From: Azolla caroliniana
Taxonomy: Eukaryota; Plantae; Polypodiophyta
Direction of reading: 5' to 3'
Length of the DNA stretch: 64,000 nt
Assembly (NCBI GenBank): GCA_043228905.1
Contig: JBHGNT010000015.1
Location: forward strand, 9,176,001 to 9,240,000
Of the stretch, positions 37,818 to 51,300 are shown piece by piece. Position 1 is the first letter of the stretch. Each line of letters begins with the position of its first letter. The notes below the pieces were generated by a model. The model saw only the letters and a program-made list of their open reading frames with translations. It made no database searches and was not told where the DNA came from. The position numbers and the translations under genes are program-made.

Positions 37818-40800
37818 ACCTGCTTGGACACGGGTATTGGAGTTATGTCGAAGGAGTGAATGATGCGGCGCCAGACTCGGCACACAAGGACTTCCCGGTA
37901 TGGGAACAGGCGGCAAGCAGGGTGATGTACTGCTTCGCGTCCAGTGTCGGCAATCAGCTGCTCAGCCACATCCATGACGCCAAGACACCGAAGGATGCTT
38001 GGGGGAACCTGAAAAAGGTTTTCGCCGCAAGCACCACTGCCCGGAAACTACAACTCAGACAGGAGTTGAGCAATGTTCGACAGAAGAACATGTCCGTGGC
38101 AGAATACACGGGCCAGATAAAGGAGATCGGCGACTCGCTCGCCTCTATCAATGATACCGTAGAGGAAGATGAGATGGTGCAGGTATGTCTCGGAGGCCTA
38201 GCGTCCAAGTTCGGAGCGTTCCGGACTGCGGTGTGTACAAGGGAGAATACCCCCTCATTCTTCGACTTACAGTCGATGCTCCTTGTAGAGGAGAACCACA
38301 CCGGTGCATCTAACAGTGCATCCCCGGACAACCGAATGTTGTACACGGGAACGGATCGGCTCCGTGGGCGTGGTGGAAGAGGTGGGTCGGCACGCAATGG
38401 AGGCGGCCGGCAAGAGCAGGAACGGAGGCACTATGAGTGTGCCGACAGTAGTTCCGGGACTTCCACAAGCAGGGGGAGTCAAGGCGGTGCCGGAGGCCGG
38501 CAAGACAAATCCGCTACGGAATGCTGGTACTGTGGCAAAAAAGGCCACAGGGAAAGCGAGTGCTGGAGAAAGCGTGCCGATTCGGACAAATCCAGATCCG
38601 GCAAGACCGGTAAGGATGACCGGCAAAACTCGCACTACGCAAACGGATCAGGAGGATCCGGAACCGGAAAGGCCGGTAAGGGGCCAGCCTTGGTGATGAA
38701 TCACAAGGCAGACTCAATGAAGAAGACCACTTCCAAAACGGAGGAAGTGTGGTATGTTGATTCCGGCGCGTCAAACCACATGATGAGCCACAAAGAGTGG
38801 TTCTCCTTTCTGGAGAAACCGGATCAACCAGGAGTAGTCGAAACCGGAGACGACACTCCTCACCCAATCGTGCACGTTGGAGAAGTCCCTCTAAGCCACG
38901 TCGGACAGAAAGGGAAGCTGATGAACGTATTACACGTTCCGACAATCATGAAGAACCTAGTGTCCGTCGATCAGATTGTCGACCAGGGGATGCAGGTGCG
39001 GTTTACGCACCTCAGGTGCTTCATTGAGGATGAGGGCGAAGTCATTGCGCAAGGGCGCAGAGACAGGAGGATGTTTATCCTCAACACCAATGACTTTGGC
39101 ACCGCTCTGTTCGCGGAACGACAGAAGGTCGAGTCGGACATCGACCTGTGGCACAAGCAGATAGGCCACGTCAACTACCGGAGGCTTCAAGACCTGTGTC
39201 GACCAGGGGATGCAGGTGCGGTTTACGCACCTCGGGTGCTTCATTGAGGATGAGGGCGAAGTCATTGCGCAAGGGTGCAGAGACGGGAGGATGTTTATCC
39301 TCAACACCAATGACTTTGGCACCGCTCTGTTCGCCGAACGACAGAAGGTCGAGTCGGACATCGACCTGTGGCACAAGCGGATAGGCCACGTCAACTACCG
39401 GAGGCTTCAAGACCTGCAAACGAAACAAGTCGTTTTCGGTTTGCCGAAGTTCAGCGGCCGGAGAGCCGAAATTTGTAAAGCCTGCCAACTTGGGAAGCAA
39501 CACCGGCTTCCATTCCCCACCGAACGGAACCGGAGCCGTAACAAGCTCGATCTCATCCATTCGGATGTGTGGGGACCGGCACAAAGTGTAAGCCTTGGCG
39601 GGAGCCGATACTTCGTCTCCTTCATCGACGACTATACTCGACATACTTGGATCTACCTCATTGAGCGGAAGAGCGAAGTCTTCGACTGTTTCCGGAGCCT
39701 CCAGAAGATGGTGGAACGGGAATCGGAGAGGAAGATCAAATGCCTTCGGTTAGATGGCGGAAAGGAATATTTTTCCGGCCAATTCACTAGTTATCTGCAG
39801 CAGAAGGGAATTCGGCGAGAGTTCAGCTGCAGATACACACCGGAGCAAAACGGTGTGGCCGAAAGGAAGAATCGGACACTCGTCGAAGCGGCAAGGGCAA
39901 TGCTGGAGGAGAAGAGCATGCCCCGGTTCTACTGGGCGGAGGAGGTCCAGACAGCCGTCTACATACAAAACCGCATTGGTGACAAGGTGTCATCTCATGA
40001 GCTGTATTTCGGGCGCAAGCCGAACTTAAGACACCTTCGGATATTGGGCAGCATAGTGTATGTGCATGTACCGGATCAGAAGTGGAGAAAGCTGGATGCA
40101 AAATCGGAAAAATGCATTCTAGTCGGCTATGCTCAAGAGCAAAAGGGGTATAAGTGCTATAACCCCCGGACGAAGGAAGTCCGAGTTAGCCGGGATGTCG
40201 AGTTCGATGAATCGGCATCTTGGTACTCCGTACCGACTCCGACTTCCACTCCCGACCCAATGCCGGAAGATCAGGCCAATGAGCCTGAATCAGCCTTGGA
40301 AGAGGATGATGAAGCCGGGACTCAAGATGAGAGTCCCGAATCGTTTCGGTTGAGTGGACCGAACGAGCGACTGAGTCGGTTGGACCAGTCGGATGAAGAG
40401 ATGGCAAGTGGTGGAGACTCTGCCGTGCTCTCCCCGCGCAAGGAACTGAGGAAATGGTTCACGCGCAAAGAGAAGGGGAAGAGGAAGATGCCGGAATTCG
40501 AAACCGGCAACGATGAGTCGGATCGGTGTGTATCCGACTCCGGAAAGCAGAAAGGCAGATCTTCGGCAACGAAGACCGAACTGGCCAAGAAGGGCCTCAA
40601 ATCAAGTGACGGTGCGTTGCGCCGATCAACCCGCCAAAAGGATCCCGTCATACGGTACGGGTACAATGAATACATGGCGCATCATTATGCGTACATGACT
40701 AAGGTGACAGAAGTGCGTGAGTCGGAGAGCTACGCAGAAGCGGCAAAAGACGGAAATTGGCGTGCCGCTATGGACGAAGAAATGCGGGCAATCGATGCCA

Positions 40801-42803
40801 ACGAAACCTGGGACCTAGTTGATCCTCCCCGTCACTGTAAACCGATCGGATGCAAGGGGGTGTACAAGGTCAAGTACAACGCCGATGGTTCTGTTAACCG
40901 GTACAAAGCCCGGTTAGTGGCGAAGGGATACGCGCAGACCCACGGAATCGACTACGACGAGACCTTCGCTCCTGTGGCGAAGATGACGATGGTTCGTGTG
41001 GTACTGGCGGTTGCTGCGGCAAGGGGGTGGCATCTTCACCAGATGGATGTGAAGAACGCCTTCCTTCAAGGAGAGCTTGAAGAAGAAGTCTTTATGACTC
41101 AGCCCCCCGGATTTCACTCGGAGATGAACAAGTCGGCGGTATGCCGGCTGAAGAAGTCGCTTTACGGCTTGAAGCAAGCCCCCCGAGCTTGGAACGCGAA
41201 GATCACGCACCGGTTGCGTAAGCTGGGGTTTGTTGTCTCTAAGTCGGACTCTTCGTTATTCATCCGGCAAGGCTCTGACGGTCCGGTATGTATACTCTTG
41301 TATGTGGATGATTTAGTCATCACCGGACCGGGTCTTCCCGAAATCAACCGCGTCAAGTCCTAATTGTCGGATGCATTCGAAATGAAGGACCTGGGGGACC
41401 TTCATTATTTTCTTGGAATCGAAGTGATCCGGACCCCCGACGGCAAATTGCTCTCACAACGACATTACGTGTTGAATATGTTGTATAAGTTCGGCATGAC
41501 GGATTGCCGACCTGTCTCCACACCCCTGGACCGGAACCAGAAGCTCCGTCCCAACTCCGGACCGGCCTGCAATGAGAAACGGTTCCGACAGGTTGTCGGA
41601 AGCCTGATCTACTTAACCATCACCCGACCTGACATCAGCTATCCGGTCGGCATGGTAAGTCAGTTCATGCAAAAGCCGACCGTGAAGCACCTTCAGTGCG
41701 CGCAACGAATATTACGGTATGTCAGCGGCACTAAAGACCGGGGTCTGCTATACCGGCAAGGTATACCCGAAGAGCTTGTCGGTTACACAGATGCTGACTG
41801 GGTCGGCGATGCGTCTGATCGCCGCTCCACTTCCAGATACATGTTCTCCATAGGTAGCGCGGCCGTTGCGTGGAGCAGCAAGAAGCAGCCCACAGTGGCT
41901 TTGTCAAGCACTGAGGCTGAGTACCGGGCCGCTACCATTGCCACTTGTGAAGCCATCTGGCTTCGGCGACTGCTGCGAGACTTGCGGATCGATGTGCCGA
42001 CCCCGATCCCGATTTACTGCGATAACATGAGCAGCCTGCAGCTCGCCAGGAACCCTGTGTTCCATGCTCGCACAAAGCACATCGAGGTGCACTACCACTT
42101 CGTGCGTGAGCGGGTCTTGAGCGATGAAGTTGACCTACGGTATGTTCATACGGATCGGCAAGTTGCCAACATCTTCACCAAACCGCTCGGATCGGACAAG
42201 TTGCAGCACTTTACCGACATGCTTGGTATTCAGCATCTCGACGTGCCGCACTTGAGGGGGAGAAGCAAGGGCAAAGTCTCTACCGGTACTGACCATGAGG
42301 CGGAGTCGAATGAAGAATTCGATTTCGGTTCACCGGCTGAAGAAGCCGAGGGAAGCATGGAGAAGGCCAAGACTCGGAAGTGGTCCGATGTGGTGAGAGG
42401 CCTGAAGTCGGAAGTCGAATCGGAGTGTACCGATTCGGACAAGAGCTGGAACGAGTCGGAGACAGCTGACTCGGATCAACAGATGGATCCGGATGAGGCA
42501 GATCGACTGAAGGCCAAGGGGACACGGGCACAGCGGAAGTCGATGCCATCGTGGGAGAACCGACGGATCAGCAAGCGCCGGAGTCACAGCAACGTGAGTG
42601 CTGAGATGGGCCTATTGAGCAGACATGCCGACCAAGAGGGTCGAGGCGCGCAGAACCAAAGGGGTCGCGGCAAACGAGACCGGACCAGACGAGGAGCGCG
42701 AGCAAGGCGAAGTGACGCCAAGAGGAGTCGGTTGAAAGAACCGACTGCCACAGAGGTCGACACTACGACCCCACCTCAGGTTGAGCTTGAGGGGGAGTGT
42801 TGA
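37818..42803 (+). pseudogene. Copia gag-pol of E (resumes after F; N-terminus at 30609-30692)
   Basis: ORFs 37856-39247, 39210-41363 and 41364-42803 carry all copia motifs. Broken by a 220-bp duplication and one TAA. Confidence 0.95.
38977..39416. repeat. 220-bp tandem duplication within pol of E
   Basis: 38977-39196 and 39197-39416 both run TGTCGACCAGGGGATG...CAAGACCTG, with 5 mismatches. Confidence 0.95.
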
Positions 42804-43125
42804 GCGGCAAGCTCAACCAGAGCCGGATCTGCTGAATAAGCCAGAGCCGGTAAGCGAGACGGATCGGGCGAAACGGATCGGTATGACGGTGAGCAACCGA
42901 ACCGGCAAGCAGTGGAGGCCGGGTGCAATCCGTAACCGGCAGTCCAATCGGAAGCTTAGAATAGGATAGACTACTAGGTATCTATAGTCTCGTAGTAAGT
43001 GTTAGATGCTCGTGTGAGCATTGAAGTACATGGTACTTCTGTCAGTCCCAAGAGGACTTGTATAAATAGTGCTACTTAGCACAGTGTGTAAACAGAGTCT
43101 TGATATAATTTTGAAATTACGTTCT

Positions 43126-43161
<36 letters not shown>

Positions 43162-43205
43162 GTTCTCTATTCTACGCTTCCGCGAACACTCACGTTTACA
43201 GAGAC

Positions 43206-46200
43206 CAAGGTGCTGGATAACGGTTAGTCATACGCGCGCATTAAGACTCAAGACGGACGACACTCCATCCAGTTTTTGACAGTGCAACCGAACCACGAGC
43301 GCAACCGTCCAGTTTCCTGATTTTTAAAAAGGGTTATCAAGGCGTGGGGCCGCGATAGTCCGGACACCCCGGTGGATCCCCACACGTGTACCATAGGTAG
43401 GAAATTTTGGTTCTTAGATAGCGGAGGTTGTACGATAACTGGCATCAGCGGCCGAGAAAGGAAGCGGGCAGAGGAGAGCCTCAGGACGTACGGAGCCCTC
43501 AGCCCTGACGAAGAGATTGGCGGCACCGTGGAGGCGGTCTCTTTCAACGACACCCTAGGAGAGATAGGGAAGGTGGTCAAAGAAGGCCTCACCGAAGACC
43601 GGGTGATTCCGGTTGGTTCCGTGGAGATGAACGAAGTCATTGCCGACTTCGGGATGAAGGCCGAGTCAGATCAGACGGCCTACGTAGACACGAGGTACAA
43701 GACTATGGACCGGAAGGTGAGGCCAGTTGCGGCTCCCTTGCCGGAGGGCAGCAAGGAATGGATGAAGGGGGTCGTGTTGGACCCAACGTTGTGGAATTCG
43801 GCCGGCATAGGGCATCGGTTCACCGAGACAACGTTACGGGAGCTCAAGATCGGTGGGGGTGGCTTTCTGCAGTCGGAGGAGGAGGACCGGTTTCAGAGGA
43901 TGCTCGGGAGGCATGGGAAGGCCTTCGCATTCTCACCAGAGGAGATCGGGTGTGCGGACCCAATGGTCGTGGAACCAATGGTTATCTTCACAGTACCGCA
44001 TGTGCCGTGGAACCTCAAGTCGATTCCGGTACCCAGAGCTCACATCCCAAAGTTGATGGAACTACTAAAGCAAAAGGTGGAGATGGGCATCCTCGAGCCA
44101 TCGAGTGCACCATATTCAAGTCGGTGGTTTACCATGCCAAAGAAGAACGGCACGTTGCGCTTCATTCAGGACTTGTAGCCAGTCAACAGGGTGACCATTC
44201 AGAACGCAGGAATCGAACCGACCATTGACGAGTTCACAGAAGCCTTCGCCGGAAGGTCGATCTATTCGATCGGTGATCTGTACTCAGGGTATGACCAATT
44301 CAAACTAGCCGTGGAGAGTAGAGACATCATGACGATGCGGACTGCTCTCGGCCTAGTGCGGATGTGTACCCTGTCGCAAGGAGGGACCAACTCGGTGGCA
44401 CACATGGTGAACGTGATGAACAAGGTGTTGAGGGACTGCATCCCAGACATCAGCATGTCGTTTCTGGATGACATCCCGATTAAAGGTTGTCCGGTGGAAG
44501 ATAAGGATGAATCGGTTCGGCCAGACGGATGTTGGAGATTCGTTGTGGACCACATCGGCAACTGCGAGAAGGTGCTATAGAAACTTGAGAGAGCGCAGCT
44601 CACCTTCTCCGGAGAGAAATCGGCTTTTGGGCAGTCGGAGATCCTAGTGGTCGGACACTTGTGCGGGCCTTACGGTCAGAAACCATCTCTGGCAAAGGTA
44701 GAAGCCATCTTTGTAATGAAGGAAGAATGTAAGTCGGTTATGGAGGTGCGGAGGTTCTTGGGCGCATGTGTGTTCTACCACATCTGGATCCCGCACTACG
44801 CACACATCGCAGAGCCACTCTACGGGTTGCTAAAGAAAGGGCGTAAGTTCAAATGGGACAAGGAACATACGGAGTCAGTCCGGGGATTGAAAGAAGCGCT
44901 TACCGCGGCACCGGCACTCCAAAAAGCGGTTTATGGCAAGGAGGTCCCGATCTATGTAACCGTAGACATGAGCCCGACCGGGATCGGATGGGTGATCAAT
45001 CAGGAGGATGAGAGCGGCACCAGGATCCCCATCCAGTTCAGAGAGAAGGTACTGAGCGAGCGACAGCGAGGATACGCCCAAATTAAACGCGAACTCTGGG
45101 GTATTGTTTTGGTGGTCAAGGCCAACAAAGACTATTTGATCAGGACGGAGGTAGTAATTGAGATGGACTGCCTACCGATCCTTGGTATGGTTTCGAGATG
45201 CGCGATGCTAGACCTAGCAATGCTCATGTGGATCGTGTACATTAAATCCCTGAACCCAGAGATACGGCACATATTCGGAAAGGACAACACATGGCCAATA
45301 TGCTTTTGAGGGCGCGGTTTACCGACGAGGACGGCATGGTTTCGGAAGACGAAGAAGTTGGCGTAGACTGCTTCGAGTTGGCTCGCATAACGGTGAGGGA
45401 GGGGCGCACTCTGGCACTTAACGAATTAGACGAGGACGAGGACGAGTACGACAGGGAGTGGCTCCAGATCGGCAGGTTCTTGAGGACGTTGACGCCAGAC
45501 GCAACATGGACGAGGGATGAGGCGATCCGGATCCGGAAGAAGGCGTACCGATTCTTCCTATGAGACAAGCACATATGGAAGCACCCAAAGAAGCGAGGCA
45601 GTGTTCCACTTTGTGTGGTGGCAAGGGAGGAAGAGCAGAGGGGCTTGTTGTCAGCGTATCACGAGAGCCCTTGGGCTGGACACCGCGGGACATGGACCAC
45701 ATTTGAGAAGCTAAAGGAGAAGTATTGGTGGCCGGGGATGTACCGGGACGTGCATCAATTCGTGATGACTCGCAAAAGCTACCAGATGCATTCCGTGATC
45801 CGACATCGAGACAAGCTCCACCCGACCTACCCACCGACCGTCCATTACAAGTGGATGGTGGACTTAGGGACAATGCCAATGGGGGTAGGGCAGATGTGTT
45901 ACCTGGTGCTTGCACGAGAGAACCTTACGAACGAGGTAGAAGGTCGTGCGCTGCAAAACAAGACGATTGCGGTCGTGTGCCGATTCCTAATTGAGGAGGT
46001 GGTATGCTGGTACGGGTGCGTGGGGAAGATCGTAGCCGACCGGGGAGAGTTGGATGCGCAGGAGGCGGAAGAGTTGTTCGGTCGGTTGGGGGTCAAGCTT
46101 TCCCTCACTACGGTGTACAATCCGGAGGCAAACGGGAAGGTACAGCGCGGGCACGAGCCGATCGTGAAGGCATTGGTACAGGCTTGTGAAGGACAAGTCG

Positions 46201-46777
46201 GGAATTGGCTGCGGCTCCTGCCTTACGCATTGTGGGTTGACCGAACTACGCATAGTTCGATAACCGGGTTCATGCCAGTCGAGCTGATGTACGGGCAGAA
46301 GTCGGTCATGCCGATGGAGCGGACGATCTCCTCATGGGTTGGGTGGACTGGAGAGGCGAGATGAGCAGGGAAGAGCTGTTGGCGGCGCGGATTCGCCAGC
46401 TTGAGCGAAGACCGGAGGACGTAGACTTGGCGAAGACGAAGTTGCACACGGCGAGAGTGAAGAATAAAGGCCGGTTTGACTAGACGCACCGGCTACGACC
46501 GAAGAAGGTCGAGGAAGGCGACTGGGTTCTAGTTTACAACAGCAGCCTCGACAATCAGCACAAGGCAACGCATAAGTTCGCAAGAAGGTGGTTCGGACCC
46601 TATTTCGTAACGAGCACGAACATCAACGACACCTACCACCTCGCGGAGCTCGACAAAACGCGGATAGAAGTACCGGTAACTGGTAAGAGGGTCAAGGTGT
46701 TCAAGAAAAGGCACGAAGACGAGCCAGACCCGATAAGTGTGGACAGCGGGGACGACAAACCAGAAATCGACGAGTGA
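43206..46777 (+). pseudogene. pol of element D (RT, RNase H, integrase), degenerate
   Basis: WFTMPKKNGTLRFIQDL, DLYSGYDQF, SQGGTNSVA, FLDDIPIKG, VTVDMSPTGIG, HESPWAGHRG, WMVDL, VADRGE. Confidence 0.92.
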
Positions 46778-46929
46778 AAACGAGCTGGTTTTCTCCGGTA
46801 TTTGTCTCTCTTGGCGCATACCGGTGGATGTGCGGTTTGGTGGGGGTGGATGCCGTGAAGAAAACCGGCCTAAGGAGGAATTAAGGGATAAAGTGTGTGA
46901 ACCAACTCCTTTACATGGGGACGCATACA

Positions 46930-47274
46930 TGTTGTTAGGGTGGGGGGTGAAGCCTAGAATGGCTTCACCCCCCTCCCAAGGGGGTTACGATAGAGAGAGA
47001 GAGAAGGAGAGAGTGAAAATAAGAATGACACCAAAATAAGAGGAAAAAAGTGTATATCTCATTACATGCCCATAAGGGGTTTATATAATACATCCAATTT
47101 AACGGTTACATGACCGTTATAAATAAGACCGTTACACATTCTTGTACACATGCACATAATTGTGCATGTGTCCATACACATACTCACACACTCATTTACT
47201 TTACACATACACATCAACCACATCATTACACCTACCCTTATGCCTCCCCGTATATTCTTACGGGTAGGGTAACA
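46930..47274 (-). repeat. 3' LTR of element G (345 bp)
   Basis: TGTTG..TAACA ends. Direct repeat of 54766-55092 + 55798-55808. Confidence 0.92.
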
Positions 47275-47276
47275 CA

Positions 47277-47305
47277 TGGCACACCTTGTGGGACAGTGCA
47301 TTGCA
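47277..47305 (-). other. tRNA-Arg 3'-end-like motif at the PPT position of G
   Basis: Minus strand TGCAATGCACTGTCCCACAAGGTGTGCCA ends 2 nt before the LTR. Confidence 0.75.
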
Positions 47306-48301
47306 TGGTGAACCCACTCGCCATGGCAACTCTTCTCGACCGGAACTCCATCGGTCGTCTCAACGGTCGGAAATCCCTCGACCGGATCACTGCTCTACGA
47401 TCGATAACTTCGATCGGAGCTTTGCTTAACTCGAACCTTCTTGTTCGGTCAGCACAAGTCGCGATTGGATCATACACCAATCGGCTAGTTCAATGTGGCA
47501 TGGGTCATGAAATCATTTTGTGCGTTTGTGTATTTGTTCTTTCATCATGTGAGTTGTGTTTTCGAAATTTCATGATTTGTACCACTTATTTTTTGAAACT
47601 CTAGTTTTTACCCTCATGGATTTAGATTTTTATTTCTGCCCTCCGGTTTTGGAAATCTTCTCTTCTACCCTCGAGCTTCTAAATTTTGATTGTGTGCCCT
47701 GGCTTTCATGCAAATTTTCGTTGTGTACCCTTCTCTTCTTTCGTTTCCTCTCTTTACCTTCCTTTTCTCTTGTCCTCTTTTTTTTTTCTTCTCTCTTCTC
47801 TGCGTCTGACTTCTTCTTTTTCTCCTAATTCTGATTTTTCTTCGTTCTTTTTGTCTGCGTTCTTCTTCCTCCTATGTCCTCTTTATCCCTTCCTTTCCCC
47901 TACTTTGCTTCCCCGTTTCCATCTTGTTCTCCTCTTTTTCCTTCTCTTTTCTTTCTTCCATTTCTTCTTCACCTTCATCCGTTTCTCCTTCTTTAGCCAT
48001 GGCAGAGCTCGGTGGAGCTCTCTCTCTACTCTGTCTTGGTCTGTGTCTGTGTCTGTGTCTATGTCTGTTTAGGTCGTTTATGTTCGTCGGCCGTCAGTCG
48101 TGCTTGTCCGTTGGTCATCTGTCGACTGTCGCCGTCACCGGTTGTCCAACGGCCATCTCTCAGTTCGGCCGGCTGAGTCGTCGGTGGTCGTGTCTGTTCG
48201 GCCAGTGACTTTTTGGTCATCTCTCTTGGGTGGTTGTTTGGCCATACTCTCGGCCGCACATCTCGGCCATATTCTCGGCTGCGCGTCTCAGCCGTCGTTT
48301 T

Positions 48302-51300
48302 TGTTGGGAAAGAAGAGAAAGAGAGATAGAAAGAAATAGAGAGAGAGAGAGAGAGAGAGATGAGGGAAACAGAGAAAGCGTTTTATTATTATTATAATGC
48401 CCCTTAAATGAATACAACGTTGGTGGTGGCTTTATAAGACCACCACCAATAGGCTACGGTTTCCTTCTCATGAAGGAAACCGATTTCATAAGAACTACAT
48501 ATTAATATATTTTATTTTATTTTATTTTATTTTGCTTATTATTTTCCTCACTCCCCCCTAAGCAAAATTTTCTAGAAGTGTAGGTTTTCATCTTTATCTT
48601 CGATTACATCAATTAATCCAACTTGCTTGCAACAAATAATGTGCTTAGAATGTTGAAGAGGCTTCGTTAGAAAATCAGCCCACATTTGATGAGTGGGAGC
48701 AAACTTTAACTCTATCTTCCTCGTTTCAATGAGATCACGAAGAAAGTGATGCTTCAAATCCACATGACGAATATTGTCGCTCATCTTTGGATTGTTGGCT
48801 AACTTGATGCAAGATTGATTATCACAAAATAAAGTCACTGGTGGAATAGTAAATAACTTAAATTCATCGAGCATAGCTTTAATCCATATGCCTTCTTTAG
48901 CCGCTAAAGCAGCGGCAACATATTCAGCTTCGGTGGATGACAATGCTACGGTAGTTTGTTTCTTTGACTTCCACGAAATTGCACCACCAGCTAGTGTGTA
49001 AACATATCCACCTGTTGACTTGCGATCGTCTACATCTCCCCCCCAGTCCGAGTCTGACCAACCAATTAGTTGGCTAGAGGGATTTGTCCATCCTTGCACA
49101 AGTGTGGTAGACTCGGATTGTGTGGCGGAGTAAGTCAACGCATAATGTTGAGTGTGCTTCAAGTATCGTAGTAATCTTTTGAGCGCGATCCAATGCTTTG
49201 GTCCTGGATTAGACATGAAACGAGAAAGAAAACCGGCGGCAAAGCAAATATCGGGACGTGTGCAACTTACTAGATATCTTAAACACCCAAGGATTTGCTT
49301 ATAGGGTACATCCTTCATTTCGGAAATTTCTCGTTCATTTTTGGGAGAATCATCATTTGATAGTTTACATGGAGAGGTAAGAGGAGTATTAATAGGCTTA
49401 CTATGGAGCATATCAAATTTTTGGAGGATAGAATTAATATAATTTGATTGTGATAATGAGATAGTATGATTTGTTCTACTTTGAGATATTTTGATGCCTA
49501 GAAAATGGGTCATAGGGCCTAAATCGGTAATAGGAAAAACATATGCAAGTTCCTTCTTTGCAATAGCTAAATAAGATTTAGAGTTAGAGATCAAAGGCAA
49601 ATCATCAACATAGACACCTATGATAACAAAATTGGATTTGGCTTTTCTAACATAGATATTTGGCTCATTGTTTAGACGATGATATCCAACTTTTATAAGA
49701 AAAGAGTGTAGTTTGTGATACCATATGCGTGGAGATTGCTTAAGGCCGTAAATAGATTTACGAAGTCGACAAACATGTGTCGGATGACTTGGATCTTCAA
49801 AAAATTGAGGTTGTTGTAGATAAAGTTCTTCATCTAAATCTCCATGAAGAAAAGCCGTTTGTACATCCAAGTGATGCAATTCTAGATCATGTTGTGCGGC
49901 AAGAGCAACGAGCATTCGAAAACCACATATTTTTAGCGTTGGACTAAATGTATCTTGAAAATCAATACCTGGTACTTGCGAAAATCCTCGAGCAACTACA
50001 CGAGCCTTGAAGCGAATTGGATTGCCATTACTATCTCGCTTTATGCGTAAGACCCATTTAGAACCAATTATTTGTCGATCTTTTGGAGGCTCAACGAGGG
50101 TCCACGTACCATTTTTAAGTAAAGCCTTCATTTCTTCTTCCATAGCTTTTCTCCATTTGATAGAATCCGATCCGGAAAGTGCATCTTTGGCCGATAGATT
50201 TGTGTCATCACTAAGGGTTGGAATATCTTCTTCTTGAATATAAGCTTCATGGTCCAAGTCCACGAAATGTGCTTCCATTTGATCAAGTTGTTCATAAATA
50301 TTACTTAGAGATCTATACTTTGGAGGTGGAGAGTTTGGTGGAGAAGTTGGTGATGACACTTGGAATGAAGGATTAGGAGAGGGAGTGGAGAAGATAACAT
50401 TATTTGTATTATTAGAGGGAGTTAAACAATGTATATTTAAAGGAATATGAGGAAGAGAATCATCTAGAGATTGGAATGAGGGAAGATGAGAAGAAGAATT
50501 AGTTGGTTGAGTAGGATTGATCTTTGCCTTATGAATAGATGGAAGAGCAACACAAATTGTGGAAGTAGAGGATGAGCCAATGTTGGCTCCTTCAATATGA
50601 GAGCTATTAATATTAGAGATGGTTGAGGAAGATGGTTGTAAGTAGTTAGGGGTAGGTAATAAGGGAGGTAAATTAGAAGAGAGTGAAGAAGAAACCTTTG
50701 TAGAAGGCCCATTTTCTTGGAATATCACATTACGACTAAAGAATATTCTTCGTTTTTGTGGATCGTAGAGCTTGTACGCCTTGTATCCTGAAGCTTCTCC
50801 ATATCCGATGAAAGTTGATTTTGTAGCCCTTGGATCTAGCTTATTTCTTTGAACATTTGGCACAAAAGCATATGCATCACAACCAAAAATACAAAGGTTA
50901 CTTAAGTTAGGTTTGTGACCATGCCATAGTTCATAAGGGGTTTGGAGCCCCAAGGCTCTATGAAATCCTCGATTTTGAATATACCACGCGGTGCCAACCG
51001 CTTCCTCCCAAAATTGAGGTGATAAGTGAGCAAATTGTAACATACTTCGAGCCATATTGAGAAGTGATCTATTCTTCCTTTCGGATACACCATTTTGTTG
51101 TGGTGTGTGTGGTGTTGATATTCTATGATGTATGCCTTCATTTAGATATAAACTTTGAAATTCATGAGACATATACTCACCACCACCATCGGTTTGAAGA
51201 CTTTTAATCTTTGATGATGTTTGCACTTCGACTCGAGCCTTGTATTCTTTGAATGCTTGATAAGCTTGACTTTTGTACTTGAGAAAATGCAAGATTGTAA

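Larger units (their letters stand above)
30103..43200 (+). mobile_element. Copia element E (sister family of A/B) containing element F
   Basis: LTRs at 30103-30513 and 42798-43200 with about 12 substitutions and a (CT)n length change. TSD GAGAC at 30098-30102 and 43201-43205. PBS at 30514-30525. PPT at 42786-42797. Confidence 0.97.

Noticed and set aside
47556-48417. Phe/Ser/Leu-rich ORFs as env-like membrane proteins (also 63297-63938)
   Set aside because: They are translations of CT-rich low-complexity tracts, and no frame is conserved between G and K.
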